A DNA stretch of 64,000 bases from Tubiluchus corallicola (Eukaryota; Animalia; Priapulida), in assembly GCA_030141605.1 (NCBI GenBank), contig JAQGDQ010000296.1, forward strand, positions 62,001 through 126,000, in the 5' to 3' direction. Every line of letters begins with the position of its first letter. The first letter of the stretch is position 1. The translations under genes and the position numbers were made by a program. The notes beneath the pieces are model-generated. The model saw only the letters and a program-made list of their open reading frames with translations, did no database searches and was not told the origin of the DNA. Shown here piece by piece: positions 50,001 through 63,611 of this stretch.

Positions 50001-53000
50001 ATCTGTGGTAAGTAGTTTGATGTTTAATAAATAGTAGCAGTGCTAGTGGCAGTTGATTTGTAAAAGTATTTACAAACCTTATTTCCAGTAAATGTAGTAG
50101 TTTCGTAACAACTTTAAGAGTATCATTAGTTACCTTTAGTAAGAAGACAAGAGTGCATTATTTAGCTGTGCAATGCTTCTCCATCTTGTGATACCGAAAG
50201 TTAATACTGAAACGTGAATTTAATTAGGGAATAAATTCTCAAGTTTTTAAATGGCAAAGGGAATCTGCAATATTATTGTCAACTGTTGGCTTTACGGCCT
50301 GTTCTTTTATTGGGCTTTTTAAGTGATGAAATATTCCTTTGTATTGTAGTTGTCAGATTAGTGGTAATAAATGCATTTGTGTTCTAGTGCACTAAACGGT
50401 GTTACATTATATTATAAAAAATATGTAAGTGTCCATGTAACATTTTTTGTATGTTTAACTTAAGTATGATGAGAAGATTAATAGCAAATATCACATTTTG
50501 AAATAGCAATAAATTAACTAATGTTTTCAATGGTTAATTATTAAATATATTTATTTCAAAGTACATCTTTTAATTAGTAAGTACTATTAATATCTTTTTG
50601 CTAATATATGAATAGTGATTAATGCATGAATGCACATACAATGAATGTTGACATTTTCTGAGAGGCTAACTTGAGTATCATCTTCTGAGAGTTTTGTTTG
50701 ATAAACTGATAGAACCTATATAGGTTTGTGATATTTGTAGTTATTGTAGAAACTGTAAAATTTATTGTGAATTTAGTGTAGCTCAGTAGATCCAGTCATA
50801 GCTATTCTTGATAAGCCCAGTGTTTCAACTTAGTCTAGGTCACAGTGACCTCCTGTCTTTATTATTACCTACTCCCAACATTTAGACATGTGGGGCATTT
50901 AAGGGAAGCATTGTGTTACGAGCCTTATTTTGGTTTTGCTTATAAATAAGAATTTACTGGACTGTAGTATAACAAAAAATCCAAAAATTGGCCAAAATCA
51001 GTTGCTTTGCTCAGTTTCATCATATTCTTATTGTAAACTTATGTGTCACGCTGTCACTGTATGTTTGCATACTATGCAAATATCAAAGTGCAGACTTGTT
51101 TATGAGTGAATTTGTAAAGCTATGCGCTCACTAGCTTTGCAGTTTTGGTATTGTATTTCTGATTTTAATACTTGTAACTGAAACTTAGTAACATGTTTAT
51201 GTAATAGAGATTTTAAAATTATTTTGTTTTATACTGTATTTAAAAATTTATAGTACACGTGTCCTGTGAGTTTTTAGTTTGTTTTTGTTTCAAAAACAAT
51301 CTTTTGTTTGCATTCAGAGCTAGGCAATGATAAATAGTTTATTTTTACCAAGCAAATATGGTAATTTTACACACCTAAATTTTGCTGTAAGACATTATGT
51401 TAGTGCGAGGTGAAGAAACGTGTTTTTTAAGCAACAGTATGTTAAATTATCTCCTTGCTTGCAAAGGAAAGTAAAGGTAAAAGTGAGTAATAAGAGTAAC
51501 TTCAATTACCTAGTGCAGGAGGTTTGCAGTCATAGTGTAGTACTAAGTTAATAACTATTTTAATAAGACAAATAATGCTGGGAGTGCATCGGGTATCACT
51601 AATTTATGAATCGATTGGAAAACAAAATTTGTTCAGGGAATAGTCGAAACATAGCACTTGAGGATATACTCTAGCTGCAGATAACTGAGCATTTTTAAAG
51701 CATTTAAATATGTTTTTTTTTCACTCATTCTGAATATAGAGCATACTACATTGCTGTACTCACTGGTGTTGGGAATCGGTCTCATTTTTATGATCAACCA
51801 TCGAGTAATGATCGATCGTAATATTTGATTGCGTTGTGTCAGTGTAAAATCAAAATGTTAAGTTTTTAACTGTTGTTTTTATTTCCTTTGTTTAAACTGT
51901 AATTGACACTGTAGTTTTTTTGCCTTACTGCAGTTTAATGGTAGAAATGAGTAGTAAAGCTTGCAGAATTTTACTGTTTTGCATTAAGCAATCTTCGATC
52001 ATGTTGATTTATGGTAGAGTGTCTAGTCAATATCGACTGATTTTTCTATAAAATCTATAAATCAAAACAGCACTGGTATTCAGTCGCAGGGAAATGGTGC
52101 TAACGTGTAACATTATGATACTTTCTGCACATGGCATATTAACTGATAAATGCCTTTAACTGATTTAATTTCTGAAACAGGGAAATTCTGATACAGATTG
52201 AATATGAGGTGAAAACTTGAGTATTTACAAGCAGTACTGTTTTCAGTGTATTATTAGGTATATATTGAACCACAATGTTGATTATTACAGTCTATATTCA
52301 ATCTTGCTGACACTAAAACTAAACTAGCTGTTCCAACACTTTTTGGCAAATTCTTCACTTGTTTTTAATGACTGCCTTTAAATGATTATGTATGTTTGGG
52401 CAAGCAGCTCGAGGATGACCCATGTTGCAAATTCTGAAGTTCATCCTGGTTTTACCCAAATTCATATTGTATGACGTATATAATTATTTAATTTCTAAAT
52501 ATTAACATTGCATTGGTAATCAGTTACCAATACTTATCACTACTACTTAATCACGATTGCTTCATTTTTTGTCATTACCCGTCACTACTACATTGTATTT
52601 TTACAGCTTTCTTTATTACTAGTAAACAGTCAAACTGCTAGTTGTTCGATTACTTAGCTATTTGTACTGATTTTACTATATAGCGATGCTAGCTCCAAAT
52701 GCTTATAAATAGTGCCAGTAGGTCAAGCCTCTTTTAAAAGCATGTGTAGTGCCTTACTGGGTGGTTGATGTTTGTTAACTCGTCTTTTGCACTTCCACTA
52801 CAATAAAAAAATTTGTCTCTTCATTTTAGATGGTGTGTTTTTTCTAATACACTTTTTATAGATTTAACTTAAAGTGTAGGAAGGAAAACATAGAACATTG
52901 ATAACATCTGCGAAATATTTTACTATCTGATTTCTCGGTGTTAGCCGATTGATTTAGTATGGCATGATGTATATGTTTCTATAATAGGCTTAACTATATT

Positions 53001-53053
53001 GGTTTTTCAGGTTTTATTTTGCTACGTTGATTAAATTGTAAAAGTAATCAAAG

Positions 53054-53140
53054 ATGTCTAAACTTTCCACAAGAGCAAGTAAGGCAGAAAAACTGCTGCC
53101 TGAAGATGTTAAGAAAACAGGCTACTTGAAAAAGTTAAAG
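53054..53140 (+). CDS. IRS: IRS exon 1 ([29 protein letters not shown])
   Basis: ATG at 53054 follows an acceptor at 53009-53010, implying an upstream UTR exon. DVxKxGYLxK marks the PH start. Confidence 0.9.
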
Positions 53141-56100
53141 GTATTGCTGTTTTTTTGGAAGTAGTTTTTACTATCATTGTTTCAGCACTTCAGTTATCAT
53201 TATCGAGAACCTGACTATAAATAACAAACCGTTAATGTAGAATCCCGATTAAAGTTAAAAAAATAAATAAATTTTATTAACAGGTTTTGGTAGAGAAACT
53301 TAAGACACATTACTGGCTCTCAATTTCTATGTGTCGGTCCATGTCCATTTCAGCTGACAGTGCTAAAACACTGAATTTACCTTGACAGTATTATGTAAAA
53401 AGCCCCATAACAGATGTTTTTCCTGTTTTTATTTTGGAGGGAGGGGATTTTGGAATAAAATAAATTTGAATCTTTTCTTAAAATTTGGTATTACCAAAGT
53501 TTAATTGTTTCTGTCAGGTATCTGGGTACCTGAGTAATTACCTGCATTGTGTATTACCTGAGCCTTGTAGTTTTTCCTGGTTCCCACAATAAAAAAACAG
53601 ACATTATTGTTAATAGGATATCTATTATGTAAGAATTAAAAATTTAAATACCACCTACTAGCTGCAGACTTCTATAGTAAGTACCTACTAGGCAATATGC
53701 GAACTGTTAAGTCCAAAAACACCAAAAGTGGATTATCATATTCTACTATCCCTATGCTGTATTAATAGTGCTCAGCTTGATACCTAGGCCGATGTAGCTG
53801 ACTCATTCATAAAGCGTGTGCTATAAGTAATTAAGAAGTCTGGCAGATTAAGGCAAAAACTCGGCCAAATTCTGTGCTTAGGCATAACACCAACTTTTGA
53901 GACTTGTAGCTCATGTGCTTAGCTCTCAGCATATAATACCTAAATACTTGTTGTCAACAAAATAGTGCAGTTAGTTGAAAAGCACCAGTAGTTGTTTTTA
54001 TTTGCAATGAAACTGATTTCATTGTCTTTACTGCAATTGAATCTTAAGAATCAGATACCTGGATACATGACTGGTATAAGGAAAAGGTTGCCGGCATCTC
54101 ATTTTTGTAAACCTTGTATACAATGAAGAGTGTTGTAAAATAAGTGGCAGCTTTTAAATCATTTGTTTGTGCATTTTATGTGTAATTATATTTATATTTT
54201 TCTATACTAAATGGCTTGTAAGAATTACCTGTGTTGCTTCTGCAGACAATGAAGAAAAAGTTCTTTGTTCTTCGCCAAGAAAGTCCTAGTGGATCTTGCC
54301 GTCTTGAATATTATGACTCTGAGAAAAAATTCCGAGCTGGGGGCTTACCGAAGCGTGCAATTAATATCAAGACTTGTTTCAATATTAACAAAAAAATGGA
54401 TACAAAGCAAAAATTTGCTATTGGTATGTATTTGACAAATTTAGATTTTATTTTTAATTAAAAAACTCACATGTGTAGAAACAGTAGGAGTGGCAACATT
54501 GGCAGTATTAAGGTTATAAATTTTGCAAGTCTAACATGGTCAATTTGAAAAATTTGAAAGAATTGATAGGAAATTTTCTTATTGTTGGCGTTGATTTAAA
54601 CTTAAAATTGTAAATGTTAGGTTTATGATATGTTGCAATTTGCTTTCTGTGTCAAATTACAATGTACAAAAAACGTACATTGGAGAATAATGTGGTCATT
54701 GCAAAAAAGTTGCCCGATGTCAATAATGTGTGGACTTTAATGCACATTTGTGACATCTTTGTGTTACAACTTACTGCAAGCCCTGCCTTTTGGGAAGAGG
54801 TATTAGAAACAATTGAGTTTTTTCAAATGTTCGACTAAACTAGCTTTCAATAGCCAATTTGATGCTTCATCAATATAATATGTGATACATCTCTTCAAAT
54901 CTACTTTGTTGGTGCTTATAAAGAACCTTATGAAGATACTGTTTGGTACTTAGTTACAGAGTAGGAGCCGAATTTTCACATCATGCAAAACAATCAACAA
55001 GAAACTATTGAACTTAATAATATTCAATTATTTGTATTGTGGATAATCTATATGTTTTACAGCGTTATACACAAAGGATGATTGCTTTGCAATGGTATGT
55101 GATAATGAGAAAGATCAAGATGACTGGCTGACGTCAATGCTAGAGCTCCAACAAGGAGATAAGTTGCTTAATGGGGATGAAAAGCCACGTCCAACTTTTG
55201 GTATTATTTACCTTTGTATCATACTAGTAAATGCAAAAATATTTAATATTCTTTTCATCGTTAAACAAGTCAAAGTCTTATTCAACTTGCTGACAACACC
55301 AAAATAGCAATAACTGCACCTTTAGACTGGTGGTCATTAGCCATTCTTTTAGGTATAAATATGAGACATTTTGTAACATGTTAATGAAATCATTTCACAA
55401 AAATGTACCAAAAAAATTAAAAACGGCAGTTCTAGTGATTTGTTTTCGAGTTGCACGTGACACTACTATGTGCTAGATTTGTACCATTTGAGTAAATGTG
55501 AACAAAAAATAAAAACACTTTTAATGACTGTGTTACTTTTGTTGTTATTCTGTAATATTTATTACTAAGGGGTAAACTGAAGATGTCTAGTACAATCAAA
55601 ACCATTTTAGTAAATTTGATTTGTATGCAGAGTTTTAGAAATTTTTAACTTATTTACTTTTTGGCATTTGTAAATGGTATAAAAACTAGCAGTCTATATG
55701 TTTACTAAGTAGTTAGCAAATAGCATGCTTGTTTAAAATTTGCATGATTGAAGTAATTACTTTTCTTATTTTTCTTAAATAAAAAATTCTTAAAAAAATT
55801 CTTAAATTAGTAGTTTTTTGTTCCAGAACATGTATGGCAAGTGACAATTAAAAACAAAGGCCTTGGCAATAGCAAAGACATGCAAGGAGAACATAGATTG
55901 TGTTTAACTAGTGATTCTGTTAATTTGATAAAGAAAAATGCCCCACCTGAAGAAATGTTAGCATTACAGGTAAATTTCTGGTTATTATTGTTTGCATTGC
56001 TAAAATGTTGCTGCTCCGTACGTATGCAGTGAAAATTGCTGATTTTCCTTTCCTTTTTCCAGTATAAATGCTAACCAGATTTGGGGTATACATTAGTGTG

Positions 56101-59100
56101 TGTTGTGTACTAACCTCGATCTTATACATTGTAAATAAGCATTGCTGAATGTGTCATTAATTTTGTTACGAAAGGCGTGATTGTATCAATACCACATAAT
56201 TTGCCTTAAACAATGCAAAATAATTTCCTGACATTGTGTGATGTAATTTTGTACATTAACTCATTTTTTCACATCGGCATTACTTTATGTTGTACATCTT
56301 TTAGCTGTTAGCTATGCACAAAATAAGTATATACCGATATAACTAAGTATGTTTTTATCATTTTCCATATATATTGGCGATTCTTAGACTGAAATCAATA
56401 CCAACATTAACTACCTTGAAACATTAGGAGTGTGCATTTATTCATCTGTAAAACCGTTTATCTCAACATTGTTTTTCACATATGAAAGATCTGAAATTTT
56501 TGAGTCTGTCTATAGATGCAGAGTTGTTCACGGAAGTTCAGGTCTCGTATGGCTTTGAGAAACTGATTTTTTTCCATTTTGTGTACTTTATTATTGTTAC
56601 CAGAGTGCTAGATAAATTGTTTCAACGCCGATTTAATTTAGTTTAATTTCCATTTTTACTAACAGTGTAATTTGAAACTGTTATTTAATGCGAGGTTGTT
56701 GCATTTCAGTTGTTAAGTATCAGAAAGTGTGGTCATTCTGACTGTTTCTTCTTCATGGAACTGGGCCGATCATCTAGTACTGGAGCTGGTGAGCTGTGGA
56801 TGCAAACTGAAGACACTATTATTGCACAGAATATGCATGAAGCCATATTAGGGTGAGTAATTATATCAGCACCAGTTTTCCTGACAGTCTCATCTATTTA
56901 TTAACCAGATTTGGCAATGCTGAAGTTGACTATACAGCTATTCCATTTACTTGTTCTCTAGTTTCCTCTTATGAAGGTAATCACACACATGGCCATTTCA
57001 CTATTTTTTGTTTGTTTTTATTCTCTGCATTCTAATTTCTTCATTCGTTTTCAAAAGCATATGAGAAGGATCATTTATCTATATGGATGTGTGATTTCCT
57101 TTAGAGCTATGCGAGCATTACATCAAGATGAAAATCCAAGCACCAGCACTCAGAAAGACTCATCTAGAGGTCGGTCTACTTCTGTCGGTGAACATACAAA
57201 ACCTATTAGTGCCCATGTACGACGCAGTCAAGCTGCGACTGGATCATCTGCAGAACCATTTCCTATTCAGAGAAACAGAACAATGAGTGAGGGTGACAGA
57301 AACAATGCTGCCACTGGAGTGGGAAGGTACGGTATTTCAAACTGCAGTATTATGTGTAAACAAATTTGCATTTCAACCAGAGGTGTGTCATTCAAGACCA
57401 GTCTTGGTCTCATGACCGGTAAGACCAATTTTTGTCAGTCTTACTCTTGATCTCATACATGCTGGTATCAACCGTGGTCTTGGTCTCGACATTGTTCCAC
57501 TTGTAAAGTACAATTAATTTTATCACACACTAAGCAAAATTACCTAGTAGTATTTTGTCTAACACTAGCAAACTACTTTAATGGCAGTTTCTTGAAATTT
57601 CTGATTATTTTGCATGTGGTGTGCAGAGAGGTAAACCTGGCTAAATAAGTGCCCAACAAAACGTAAACGTGAAGTCCGAACAAGGCTTTGCAAAGCACGG
57701 TCCAATAATGGAATTAAAAAATTCAGTTCCCCTACAATAGTGTAATTCAGCTGACATATCACTTTTAAAAAGATATGGCAAATCTATTCACATTTCAAGT
57801 TAAAACAGTAAATTTGACTGTTTTCCAGTGCTTTTGGGAATTCTTGTTTTGTTAGCTATTCATATAATGCATCAAAAATGACCATGGAATTTATGCAAAA
57901 ATATCTTAAAGCATTTTTTAACATGCCTAAATTGTTTTACGTGAAAGCATAATTTTCAGTTTTGGTTTTATGCTTGGTTTTCTACAAAGCAGACTTTAAT
58001 TAGTAGGCCTTGGTTTTCGTATCATCCTGATTATAAAAGTTTTGGTATTGGTCTTAGAGTCTTGATCTTGAAAGTTGCAGTCTTGGCCTTGATTTTGGTC
58101 TCGACTACTCTGGGCTTGAGCACATCTGATTTGAATTTTTATTCTTTATCAGTTATGATATTTCTGTGGTAATTTTAATTCTAGTGTAATAAATGTTGAT
58201 ATGTTTTGATTTTTCAGTCCTCTAAGCACACGATATAGGCTTTCTTCACCCATTCAGGGTCAGAGTCAACTCCGCCCACACACTATGATTGGACGAGGAA
58301 GCATCAACTCCCCACAGTCATATTCTCCTCCTGTTATTTCTCCTCTAAGGTGAAAAATCATTTTTCTTTGAGTTGTGTACTGTTGTTTCCAATTGTGGAT
58401 AGCTAATTAACTTGTAACAAGTGATGACATTTGAGGAAGTACATTCATGCCTGTGCCATAAAATTGATTTATAAAGTAATATTATTATTCATTATTATGT
58501 GGGCGGGACTGAAATGCATCATAAATTGGCAATTTTAACTCAACAGAGTTAAATGAGTAGAATTATGCTGGTTATTGAGCAATGGTTTGTCGTCTGCAAT
58601 GTCCAAACTTTTCTTATCAAAAACCCCAGTTATTGTTAGACTTCTGTAGAATGTTGAAAGTTCAATGTTAATATATAATATAAGGTTAATATATAATACA
58701 ATGTTAATATATGATATATAATCAACATATCCCTGTACCTAAAACAATCTAAAGCAACACTGAAGGCATTTTTATTGTTAAGCTCAAATCATAGCTTTGT
58801 CCACACATACTTCAAAACACTATATGCGATAGACGAAAAAAATACTAGTAGCAAGATATATTGCGCTTCGCTGTTTTATTTTTGCAGTGAGGTTGAATTT
58901 TTTGTTTTCTGATCATTCAGTCAAAAAAAGCTAATTATTACCTTTAATAACTGAGCATGTTTTTACCCAGAAATTTGATTGGTAGGACTACTCACCACGC
59001 TATAACTGTACGGTACAGGTCTCATGGTATGCGTACAGCTATGGCTTAATAAGTAATTGATTACCTACTTATTTGATACTTTTTAAGATGAGTATCTTTG

Positions 59101-62100
59101 GACATATATGCCATTCCAGCTCTCGCAGTTTGATCCAGAGACTCCGGAATTTAATGGAAACCACCCTTTCTCCCGATTTCCCGCCAACTGTATGTCAGGG
59201 TAAAATTGCACAAAATGTGATCATGGTGAGATAGAACATCCCTCCTTTTGCCCAAATAGATTTTCTCATGATGTTAGACAACACGAAAAAAATTGTCAGG
59301 GAACTCAGCACGTAGAGTATGCCTGGGGCTGCTGCACTTTAGTTGACATGTGAAAACGTATCAAGGTTCTATGATCTACACAAAGCTTTTGGCTGATGAA
59401 GCTGCTAAAGTTGGGAATTTTTAGTTTAAGACTCAAAGTTAATTTGCAATATGTGCGAGCTTTTGATTGACAATTGAGTTTAAACGAAATTATACGGCAA
59501 TCGAATTTTAGACATATTGTGAGCAATATTTTGAATTAAAGATTTAAAGAAAGCTTTCTTCTCAGGAAACTAGGTTGGAGTGTTTGGTGATGTTGTATAG
59601 TTTTGTGTAATTTGGGTAAATTCGGGGAAGAAAATTTTTATTATTCTCGATTTTAACGAAATAAGTTTAACAGTGCATGTGCGCATTTTTGTTAAGTATG
59701 CTAGAGAATAATGATGTCATGCTAAAACTAATACAGCTTGTTTTTTTCCTGAACAAAACTTTTCGTCAGTTTTGAAATGTTATATGGTCTTTAGCTCAGT
59801 CTAACTACATTTTGACACCCAGTCATATTTTGCCTTCTGTGCTGCTTTAACTTTGTTCATGTTGACCTCAATTGTCTGATTTAGCTTTTTATACAGTCCA
59901 AATAATTTTTAGTGTATGAATCACTTTAATTAGTTATGCGTGTTTGTGTTGCTAATCACATGACAGCACAATTACTCGCACCTGGAAATGACAAAGACTG
60001 GTTATAACACTTTGTTGAGTTTTAATTAATTTATGATTAGGGTGATTATGATTTTTTGATTTTTGCCACACTGTATATTTCATGTAGAAACTTTATGCGA
60101 TTCATTTATCAGATTTCCGACAATCATATCCATTGCTGTTAATTACTGTCGTCTGCATAACTTGATCAGTTGACTTATCTTTGAATACAAGTTATTTCAC
60201 TTCTTTTGCATTCTTGTGATTGCTACCTATGTTTGAATTTAGTTTTAAAAAGGGTACACGTCAAATCTTTAAACGCACCAGAATTTTCAAATATAGTTTA
60301 CTTAATAGTAGTCAGGTAGGGCATATAGGTTTTGTGCGTAATTTCTTTAAGATATAAACTTGAAAGACCTCAAAATAAAAGTGCATGAGTTCACTTTGTA
60401 GCCTGTTATCATTGGAGCAGTTAATCGTTATAATGAGAAATTGTGTCACCATTAAACAGTAAATCAGTTTTCTTGTCTTTTGTGTGTAGTCCAAGTGAAA
60501 GTGGTGGAAGTTCTGTATCTATAGATGAAGGTGATGGTTCTCAAAGTCCTAGTGACTTCTATCTAAGGTAAGAAGAAATTAGAAAAAATTCTCACAATTT
60601 TCCTTTTGTGAAAATTTTTAAGTAGTTAATCTTCAAGCTTTAGAATATTTGCAACCACTTAAATGCTTAAACAATTATATTTGATTTGTGTGAGAGAGTG
60701 ATGTTGCATTAGTTAATAATTTCATGATGCGGAATAAAAATTTAAGCTTGTGTAACAATACAGAAAATCGATAATTTCCTCAAGTGTTTTATTAACTAGG
60801 GACGAGATGAAGTTTTGCTATTCTGGAACTTCGATTATGCATCTGAAATAGAGCTTTTACTTTGACTGCTTCAGATCCGATTCGGGTTCACTGAAAAATG
60901 CGAAGCAGTCTTCGTAATTCATGTTTATTCGGTTTAAGGAGCAATTTTCCCGGCAATTAGTGCTGTAAAATTTGCCCAATTTCGCTTCTCATATCAGTTT
61001 GATCTTTAATAAAAGTTAAGTTTTGCGGGGTTGTGTTTTGCCATGTTGACACCTTTAATGCGAATTTCAGTAAAAGTTATGTACTGCATAAATTATTCAT
61101 CAAATCAATGCCCTACTGGCACTATTTTCAAGAGTGAAGTAACTTCTGCAAGATATCTGTCTATCTATATGTTTCTTGGAGGCCTAAAGTTGCTGGATAA
61201 TATAATTTCTATAGGATGGAGGCCTGAGGCTCAAATTTTAATACTCCTGTTTATGTATCTCTAGGAGCCTAACACCCCTGAATAATATAATTTCTATACA
61301 TATAAGGTGGACTGAGGCGCCTGGATAATATGATTTCTATAAGGTCTGCAGATGCTGGTGTTCATACCTTCCGGGTCCGTAGGCCCCTAAATAATAATGC
61401 TAATATTTCTCTAAGGTGGGGTATATAACACTTAGAAGTCTTTAAGGTGGCACCTGAAATCGTTTACATTTCCCGTGTAAAATCAGAACCAGAAGCTCCA
61501 TTTGTTGGGTATGCATATTATGCTTATTATATATGTCTAAGGCTCTGAATAATATAATTTCTATATTTGTTGTAGGTAAAAGGAGCTATATTTATCTTTA
61601 AATATATTTGAAATTTCATGTTTCAAAGATTCAAGTCATTTTGACGTTTTAATTACCTATTTCACACTGGAAAGATTTCTTCAATGTCAGGAAACATGGT
61701 TGGCACATGCACATCAGTCAATGAAGTTAAACAGCAAAGCTTGGATTCGTCCAAAACAAAGTAGTTTCGTTTGGTGCCTGAGGCCCTGATTCAGAGTAAC
61801 AAACTGCCTTCTGTTGCTTCATATGACATCTTTGCGCTTTGTGATTTGCATTACCTAATGCTAAAAAAATGAGACTAATGAATTTTGCTGTATGTGAAAT
61901 AACAAAATTGTTGACAGCAGTTCCATTTTTTCAAATTGCTTATAGTAAAATCATGTCTTTTTTTAATTTTTTTGTTACAGTTCTGCTTTTTATTTACAGT
62001 GTCAAGCTACATGGAATGGTTGGAGGAAATTCGTCACCACATCATTCTCCTCTGCCTACAACTGTAGAAGTGCCAGAAGATTATCTTTCCATGTCTCCTA

Positions 62101-63611
62101 CATCAAAATCTTGTAAGTAGTTTTATGTGAAAACTTTTGCTTTAAACTTGTCAGGTTAAGTTCAAAAATAGGTTTATAACTCAGGGTAATGTAAGAAAAA
62201 ACGAATGCTGAAGTCCCAAACAATGTGTTTCTAAATATCTGTCCCAAGTATTAACTAAGATAGCATATTTGGTTTTTCAATTTTTAGAGAAATGTGGTTT
62301 TTCTTAGACCATAATGAGTTTTTTAAATATAAAAATATTTTTGAGCATTTTCAAATTTTACTGTTCTATTTCTACTACTGGTTATAGCTGTGTTTTACCA
62401 TTTTTCCTTTGCCATTTGTTGTTGGTTAAAGTGTAAGTGTACACATTAAAAAATATCATTAGCAGTCACATTTCTTACAAAAAAAAACACATGAGAATGT
62501 TTTAATATTCTATCTACTGAGCCCAATTAGTGCTATATATAATTAGTGCATTTACCTTATGGTGGCGTTATTGAGGCAAAATGATATAATAATAAAGAAG
62601 TTCATTCTTCACAAAGCCAGTGGGTTCCATCAGAAATGGGATGCGTGTTTATTTAGTTGTATTGTTGTGCCACTAAGCTGCCATTACCTGTCCTCTTTTG
62701 TGTTTAGATGATTTTCTGTCTAGCATAAGCAGATGTCATTGCCCTTTTGCGCATTACTTAGTTTGATGATAAATTTAATGACAACACATTGTGATGTGTT
62801 TTAATCCCAGCGCTGGTATTGCCATTGTACTAGCTTTCTCTATTAGTTAGTATAGGAAAAAATGAGAAAGTTAATGCATGCTAAATATTTTTATAGTATG
62901 TGTTAGCTGGCTTTGAAATGTACCTTTATTATGGAAAAAGGCCTAACTGAGTAAAGTAAAGTAAGTTGCAAAATAAAAACATGCCTGCTAACAATTTTCT
63001 TAGAATTTTTCATGCATAAATTTTATGCAACATATGCCACTACAGCAAAGTAGTCTAAGATATAACGTAGGTTTAGCGACTAATGGAAGTGGTTCAATAA
63101 CATTTTTTCTGTATTTGTGCACATGATGTGATTACACGTTATTGCTGGTATTCACATGACCTCAAAATACTTCCAGTGGCCGAGTGTTAATGTTAGATAA
63201 ATGCGTAATGCATTCATTATGGTTTGATTCTGAGTAACTATGCGCTATATGTGCTTTATAAGTTTATGTGGGATGTTACTTTTATTACATTCTCTTATGT
63301 TTTGTATTTTCTGTACTTTCAAACACTCGTGTTATATCAGGCTTTTAAAAATTGTCTAACAAGTATACTGAGCTTCGTATAAACTTTGCACTTATATAGT
63401 TAAAGAGAATTGAAAATGTGGAAAGTATTTCTAACTATTTTTGCCTACGAAACAGCAAATGAGCAGGAGACTGGGTATATGGAAATGTCACCTTCTACCA
63501 GCAAGCCACCAAGACCAGACACAAATCGACACCATGAGCACAAGGCATTGATGTCACCTGGTTCAGAAACTGGCAATCCTTATTTGGAAATGACTCATAG
63601 TCAAAGCTCAG
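53054..63611 (+). CDS. IRS: Insulin receptor substrate (IRS/chico-like), 5' partial: at least 10 coding exons, about 463 codons in window, continuing beyond 64000
   Basis: Exons 53054-53140, 54246-54423, 55063-55200, 55827-55969, 56710-56852, 57105-57326, 58218-58349, 60490-60567, 62000-62112, 63456-63611, all GT-AG and phase-consistent. PH domain ([17 protein letters not shown]...[11 protein letters not shown]...CFNINK), IRS-type PTB domain (HVWQV...[28 protein letters not shown]...[10 protein letters not shown]), and YLSM, YMEM and YLEM PI3K-binding motifs. Confidence 0.93.
54246..54423 (+). CDS. IRS: IRS exon 2 (PH domain [13 protein letters not shown]...KFAI)
   Basis: Lies within supplied ORF 54231-54461; CAG/GTATG boundaries. 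Confidence 0.95.
55063..55200 (+). CDS. IRS: IRS exon 3 ([23 protein letters not shown]...RPTF)
   Basis: C-terminal helix of the PH domain; phase 1/1. Confidence 0.95.
55827..55969 (+). CDS. IRS: IRS exon 4 ([14 protein letters not shown]...RLCLT...LQ)
   Basis: First half of the PTB domain. Confidence 0.95.
56710..56852 (+). CDS. IRS: IRS exon 5 ([48 protein letters not shown])
   Basis: IRS PTB signature. Confidence 0.96.
57105..57326 (+). CDS. IRS: IRS exon 6 (AMRALHQ...RGRSTS...KPISAHVRR...RNRTMSEG)
   Basis: End of PTB (AMRA) and RxRxxS sites; phase 2/2. Confidence 0.92.
57378..58110. mobile_element. Probable MITE-like (hAT-type) remnant in IRS intron 6
   Basis: Clusters of GGTCTTGGTCTCGA-like subterminal motifs at both ends (57390-57490 and 58005-58110). 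No clear TSD. Confidence 0.4.
58218..58349 (+). CDS. IRS: IRS exon 7 ([15 protein letters not shown]...SPPVISPL)
   Basis: TTTTCAG/GTGAA boundaries; open, SP-rich, phase 2/2. Confidence 0.82.
60490..60567 (+). CDS. IRS: IRS exon 8 ([26 protein letters not shown])
   Basis: TAG/GTAAG boundaries; resembles the IRS1 SPSDGGFISSDEYGSSPCDF segment; phase 2/2. Confidence 0.85.
61190..61565. repeat. Dispersed short repeat ATAATATAATTTCTATA with CTGAGGC motifs
   Basis: At least 4 copies near 61197, 61282, 61325 and 61548. Confidence 0.65.
62000..62112 (+). CDS. IRS: IRS exon 9 ([37 protein letters not shown])
   Basis: YxxM motif; CAG/GTAAGT boundaries; phase 2/1. Confidence 0.87.
63456..63611 (+). 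CDS. IRS: IRS exon 10 ([12 protein letters not shown]...[12 protein letters not shown])
   Basis: Two YxxM motifs; CTAAC branch-like motif at 63431; GTGAGT donor; phase 1/1. Confidence 0.88.

Noticed and set aside
41784-53054. Ancient villin-IRS synteny (human VIL1 and IRS1 are both on distal 2q)
   Set aside because: They are megabases apart in human and their paralogs are not co-located. It cannot be supported from this window.
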